Below, piece by piece: positions 49,557-53,287 of a DNA stretch of 53,287 nt. Source of the DNA: Chiloscyllium plagiosum (taxonomy: Eukaryota). The DNA lies in assembly GCF_004010195.1 (NCBI RefSeq), contig NC_057719.1, forward strand, positions 60,670,581 to 60,723,867, in the 5' to 3' direction. The notes beneath the pieces were generated by a model. The model was not told the origin of the DNA. It did no database searches and saw nothing but the letters and a program-made list of their open reading frames with translations. The translations under genes and the position numbers were made by a program. Numbering within the stretch: position 1 is the stretch's first letter; the number at the start of each line of letters is the position of its first letter.

Positions 49557-51666
49557 TAGTAGCTTTCTTCATATGGTATGGGCTATCCAGAGAGATTCAG
49601 TTGGACCAAGGGTCAAATTTTACTGTTTGGTTGTTTAAGGATGTTATGGATAGCTTCGGTATGGAGCACTTTAAATCCAGTGCATATCATCCTGAATCCC
49701 AGAGAGCTTGAGAAAGGTGGCATCAGACCTTGAAGAAACACCTAAAGAGGGCACAGTGTTGAATGAAGCAGGTGGCAGATAAAATCTCTGAGACTTGGAC
49801 ATTTTCCTGAAGAGATGATGTGCTAGTACTGCTACCTGTGATAGTAGATCCCTTCAAATCCAGGTTTAGTAGCCCCTACCAAATTGAGAAAAAGTTGAGT
49901 CAGGTGAACTATCTAATAAAGATGCTAGATAGAAAAAAAGGTATCGAGTTTGTCATGTGAACATGTTGAAACTGTATTATACCAGAGAGAAAGAACTGGA
50001 GAAACAGGTGTTAGTTACTGCCCTGCAGAGTGAGGAATCAAATCCAGATATTGTGGATTTTGATGTGCCTCAAAATGGATTACGAAAATGAAGTCCTTGC
50101 AGAGTTGGATAGGTTAGTAAGCTATCTGTCTCAGGAGCATAGAATGCAGTTGAAAGATTTGTTATTGCAGTATAACAACATATGTAAGAATCAGATGGGG
50201 AGGACTAATGCTATTCTATATGAAGTCGACATAGAGAATACTGCTCCGATAAAACAACACCGCTATCGGCTTAATCCTGTCAAAGCCAGAAAGGTACAGA
50301 TGGAGATGGACACCATGCTTGACAAAGACATCATCGAACCAAGCCAGAGCGAGTGGCATTTGCCGATCATCTTACTTCCTAAATCGGACGGGACTCAATG
50401 ATTCTGTGTGGATTATCGGAAAGTTAATGCCATTACAAAATCAGACTCATATCCAATTCCTACATTGGAGGACTGTATCGAGAAAGTTGGACAAGCCAGT
50501 TACATCACCAAGTTGGACTTAATACATAGTTACTGGCAGGTACCTTTATCAGAGATGGCAAAAAATATTTCTGTGTTTGTAACCCCAAATAGGCTATAAC
50601 AGTTTAAAGTGATGTCCTTTGGAATGAAGAACACTCCCACCGCATTCCAAAGACTCATGAACAGAGTTGTGGCTGGGTTAACAAACTATGCAGTGCATTT
50701 GGACAATGTAGTGATCTTTAGTAAGTCCTGGAAAGATCACATGATACAGTTTGCAGAGCTCTTTGAATGACTACAAGAAGCCAAACTGGTGATAAACTTA
50801 AATGAAACAGAATTCACAAAAGCAGAGGTGATGTTCTTGGGACATAACATTGGTCATGGAAGGTTGACCCCATGGAACACAAAGACAAAGGCCTTCAAGG
50901 AATTTCCATGATCAACCTTGAAGAAAGACGTGCTTCGATTCTTAGGACGCAGCAGATTCTATTGGAAGTTTGTTCCAAACATCAGCAGTGTAATGGCACC
51001 ATTAACTGATTCGCTGAAGAAGAACACAAAGTTTCAGTGGACAGAACAATGCCAGGAGGCACTCGACCATTTGAAAGCCATATTAACCACCAAACCAGTT
51101 TTAGCTACACCAAACCTTTCAACACCTTTTGAAGTCTCCATCAATGCTTGTGACATTGGAATTGGAGCTGTACTCCTGCAGGAAGATGAGGATGGGATTG
51201 AACTGCCAGTTGGTTACTTTTCGAAGAAGATCAACATCCACCAGCGGAAATAGTCCACAAGCGAAAAGGAACTACTGAGTTTGGGACTGGTCTTACAACA
51301 TTTTATGTCATGAGCAATGTGTCAGAGACAGTTGTGCACACGGATCACAATGTGTTTACTTTCTTAGAGTGCTTTAAAGACAAGAATATGAGACTATTTC
51401 ATTAGAAACTTACATTACAGACTTTTAAATTAAAAATCATACATGTTGTGGGTTGGAAGAATGCTATTTCAGGTGGGTTATCACAGATTTAACTGCTGAG
51501 ATTTATCTTTATTTAATGTTTTATATATATATAGGTATATGAGAAAAAGTTAAGATAAACTGATATTAAAGTTATGTGTATGTTAGGGTAATGTGTTTAA
51601 AAAGTAAAGAAAAAAATGAAGCCATCTTTTCATTATGATGGTTCATTTTTTTCTTACGGGAGGAGG

Positions 51667-52371
51667 TAAATGAAGATGTGGGTGTACTATACCATTAAGA
51701 GAGTTTAAAGCAACAGAACTACCTGACAGGACCAAGCTTTTTTTTAAAAAAAGTAACATTTGGTGGAACAACTTGATTAGCTCATTGGCTGGAAACGACA
51801 AAACAGATTCAAACTAGGCTAATCAATTTAAAATATACCCCAAAAAATACCAAACTCCAATCCAGTTGAATTTAGAATATTGACAATCTTAAAAGCCAAT
51901 GACATAATCCAATGCTGTGGGGGGTATAAGACTGGAGAAAATTGAACAGTTGAGAGGAGAACTGCCAAGCCAATCACATCTGCAAACTGCCCAGAAAATA
52001 GCTCTCTTAAAGGTACCCTTATCAATCAGTAACCTGTGAAGCAGGATCCCCAAGAAGAAAAAAAGAAGACCGAAATACCGAGAAGAATCGAAAGCTGCCT
52101 GGCTTTGGGATAAAACATTTTGTTTTGTAAATCATCGTCGGGAGTTTCATTGGACGAGTATTATAGAAGGGAAGGTAAAAGATAGATAATGTAAGAACAT
52201 GTAACTAGTTGTTAGTTCATTATTCTCTGTTATACTTGAAGAAATAAAATTGTTAATCATCACTTTAAATAGTCCTTGGCCAATTGAATTTTTACAGATT
52301 ACAGCGTGGGATAAATCTTTTCTGTGTTGCTGGTTTAAATTAAGCAGGAAGTTTTACCCTGTATTGTAACA
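51667..52371 (+). repeat. 3' LTR of the Gmr1-like element
   Basis: Follows polypurine tract gggaggagg (51658-51666), contains tataa and aataaa, ends tgtaaca at the CR1 boundary. Confidence 0.7.
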
Positions 52372-52870
52372 CTATCTCTAATCAAACTATGGTTTTCCAA
52401 GTAATCATAAATCGTGTCTCTCAAAATCCTGTCCAATAATTTGCCCATCACAGATGTAAGACTGACTCGTTTGTAATTCCCAGGATTATCTCTATTCCCT
52501 TTCCTGAACAACAAAATAATATTTGCATCCTCCAATCATCTGGCACTACTCCAATGGACATTGAGGATTTAAAGATCATCGCCAAAGGTGCAGCAATCTC
52601 TTCCCTCACTTCCTGTCGTAACGTTTGTTATATCCTGTCTGGCCCAGGGATTTATCTATCCTTATATTTTTCAAAATTTTAAGCACAGCTTCCTTCTTCA
52701 CATCAACCTGTTCTAGCATATCAGACCATTTCACACTGTCCTCACAAATGACAAGGTTCCTCTCACTAGTGAATACTGAAGTAAAGTATAATTGCTTCAG
52801 GTAAAGACCTCTCCTACCTCCCTCGACTCCAGGCTCAAGTTCCCTGCACAATCCCTGATCTGCCCTACTC
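52372..52870 (-). mobile_element. CR1 ORF2 fragment (pre-RT region)
   Basis: DANIILLFRKGNRDNPGNYKRVSLTSVMGKLLDRILRD; ILKNIRIDKSLG. Confidence 0.9.
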
Positions 52871-52876
52871 TCACTC

Positions 52877-53287
52877 TGGATTAGTGGTGTTGGAAGAGCA
52901 CAGCAGTTCAGGCAGCATCCGACGAGCAGTAAAATCGACGTTTCGGGCAAAAGCCCTTCATCAGGAATAAAGGCAGTGAGCCTGAAGCTTGGAGAGCTAA
53001 GCTAGAGGAGGGTGGGGTGGGGAGAAAGTAGCAGAGAGTACAATAGGTAAGTGGGGGAGGGGATGAAGGTGATAGGTTGGGGGCGGGGGGAGGGTGGAGT
53101 GGATAGGTGGAAAAGAAGATAGGCAGGTAGGACAGGTCATGGGGACAGTGCTAAGCTGGAAGTTTGGAACTAGGTGAGGTGGGGGAAGGGGAAATAAGGA
53201 AACTGTTGAAGTCCACATTGATGCCCTGGGGTTGAAGTGTTCCGAGGTGGAAGATGAGGCGTTCTTCCTCCAGGCGTCTGGTGGTGA
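52877..53287 (-). mobile_element. Young Penelope-like element 3' end (runs off the window)
   Basis: Highly similar to 43033-43250; minus strand TRRLEEERLIFHLGTLQPQGINVDFNSF. Confidence 0.9.
52933..52968 (-). ncRNA. Minimal hammerhead ribozyme motif (Penelope-type)
   Basis: Identical core to 43059-43094: CUGAUGA-A-GGGC(uuuu)GCCC-GAA-ACGU-C. Confidence 0.7.

Larger units (their letters stand above)
48526..52371 (+). mobile_element. 5'-truncated Gypsy LTR retrotransposon with INT-RT-RNaseH order (Gmr1-like), inactivated
   Basis: Integrase GNQYSLTITDVSSRFPEAIPLR (48542) and YGLSREIQLDQGSNF..SAYHPESQ..ERWHQTLK (49580-49735); RT DYRKVNAITKSDSYPIP..KLDL..YWQV (50410); RNase H NACDIGIGAVLLQ..PVGYFSKK (51140); PPT then LTR. 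Confidence 0.9.

Overview
Repeat-dense, AT-rich vertebrate genomic DNA. The repeat families (HE1-type V-SINE, many CR1 LINEs, Penelope-like elements) point to a cartilaginous fish; this is inference. The only host-gene sequence I can support is one 83-nt minus-strand coding exon (34708-34790) of an NPAS1/NPAS3-type bHLH-PAS gene, so the rest is probably its flanking introns. These are filled with decayed and nested transposons: CR1, RTE and L1/Tx1 LINEs, a Harbinger relic, solo LTRs, a Gypsy element with integrase upstream of RT (Gmr1-like), and about a dozen Penelope-like insertions whose terminal repeats carry minimal hammerhead ribozyme motifs. The most unusual signal is an unclassified ~1.8-kb non-coding, poly(A)-tailed insertion (39090-40896). 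It contains 12 diverged ~72-bp units whose two conserved motifs and compensating stems suggest tandem RNA hairpins with a loop E/sarcin-ricin-like motif. All calls were read by eye and family matches rely on recalled consensus motifs; repeat boundaries are approximate.
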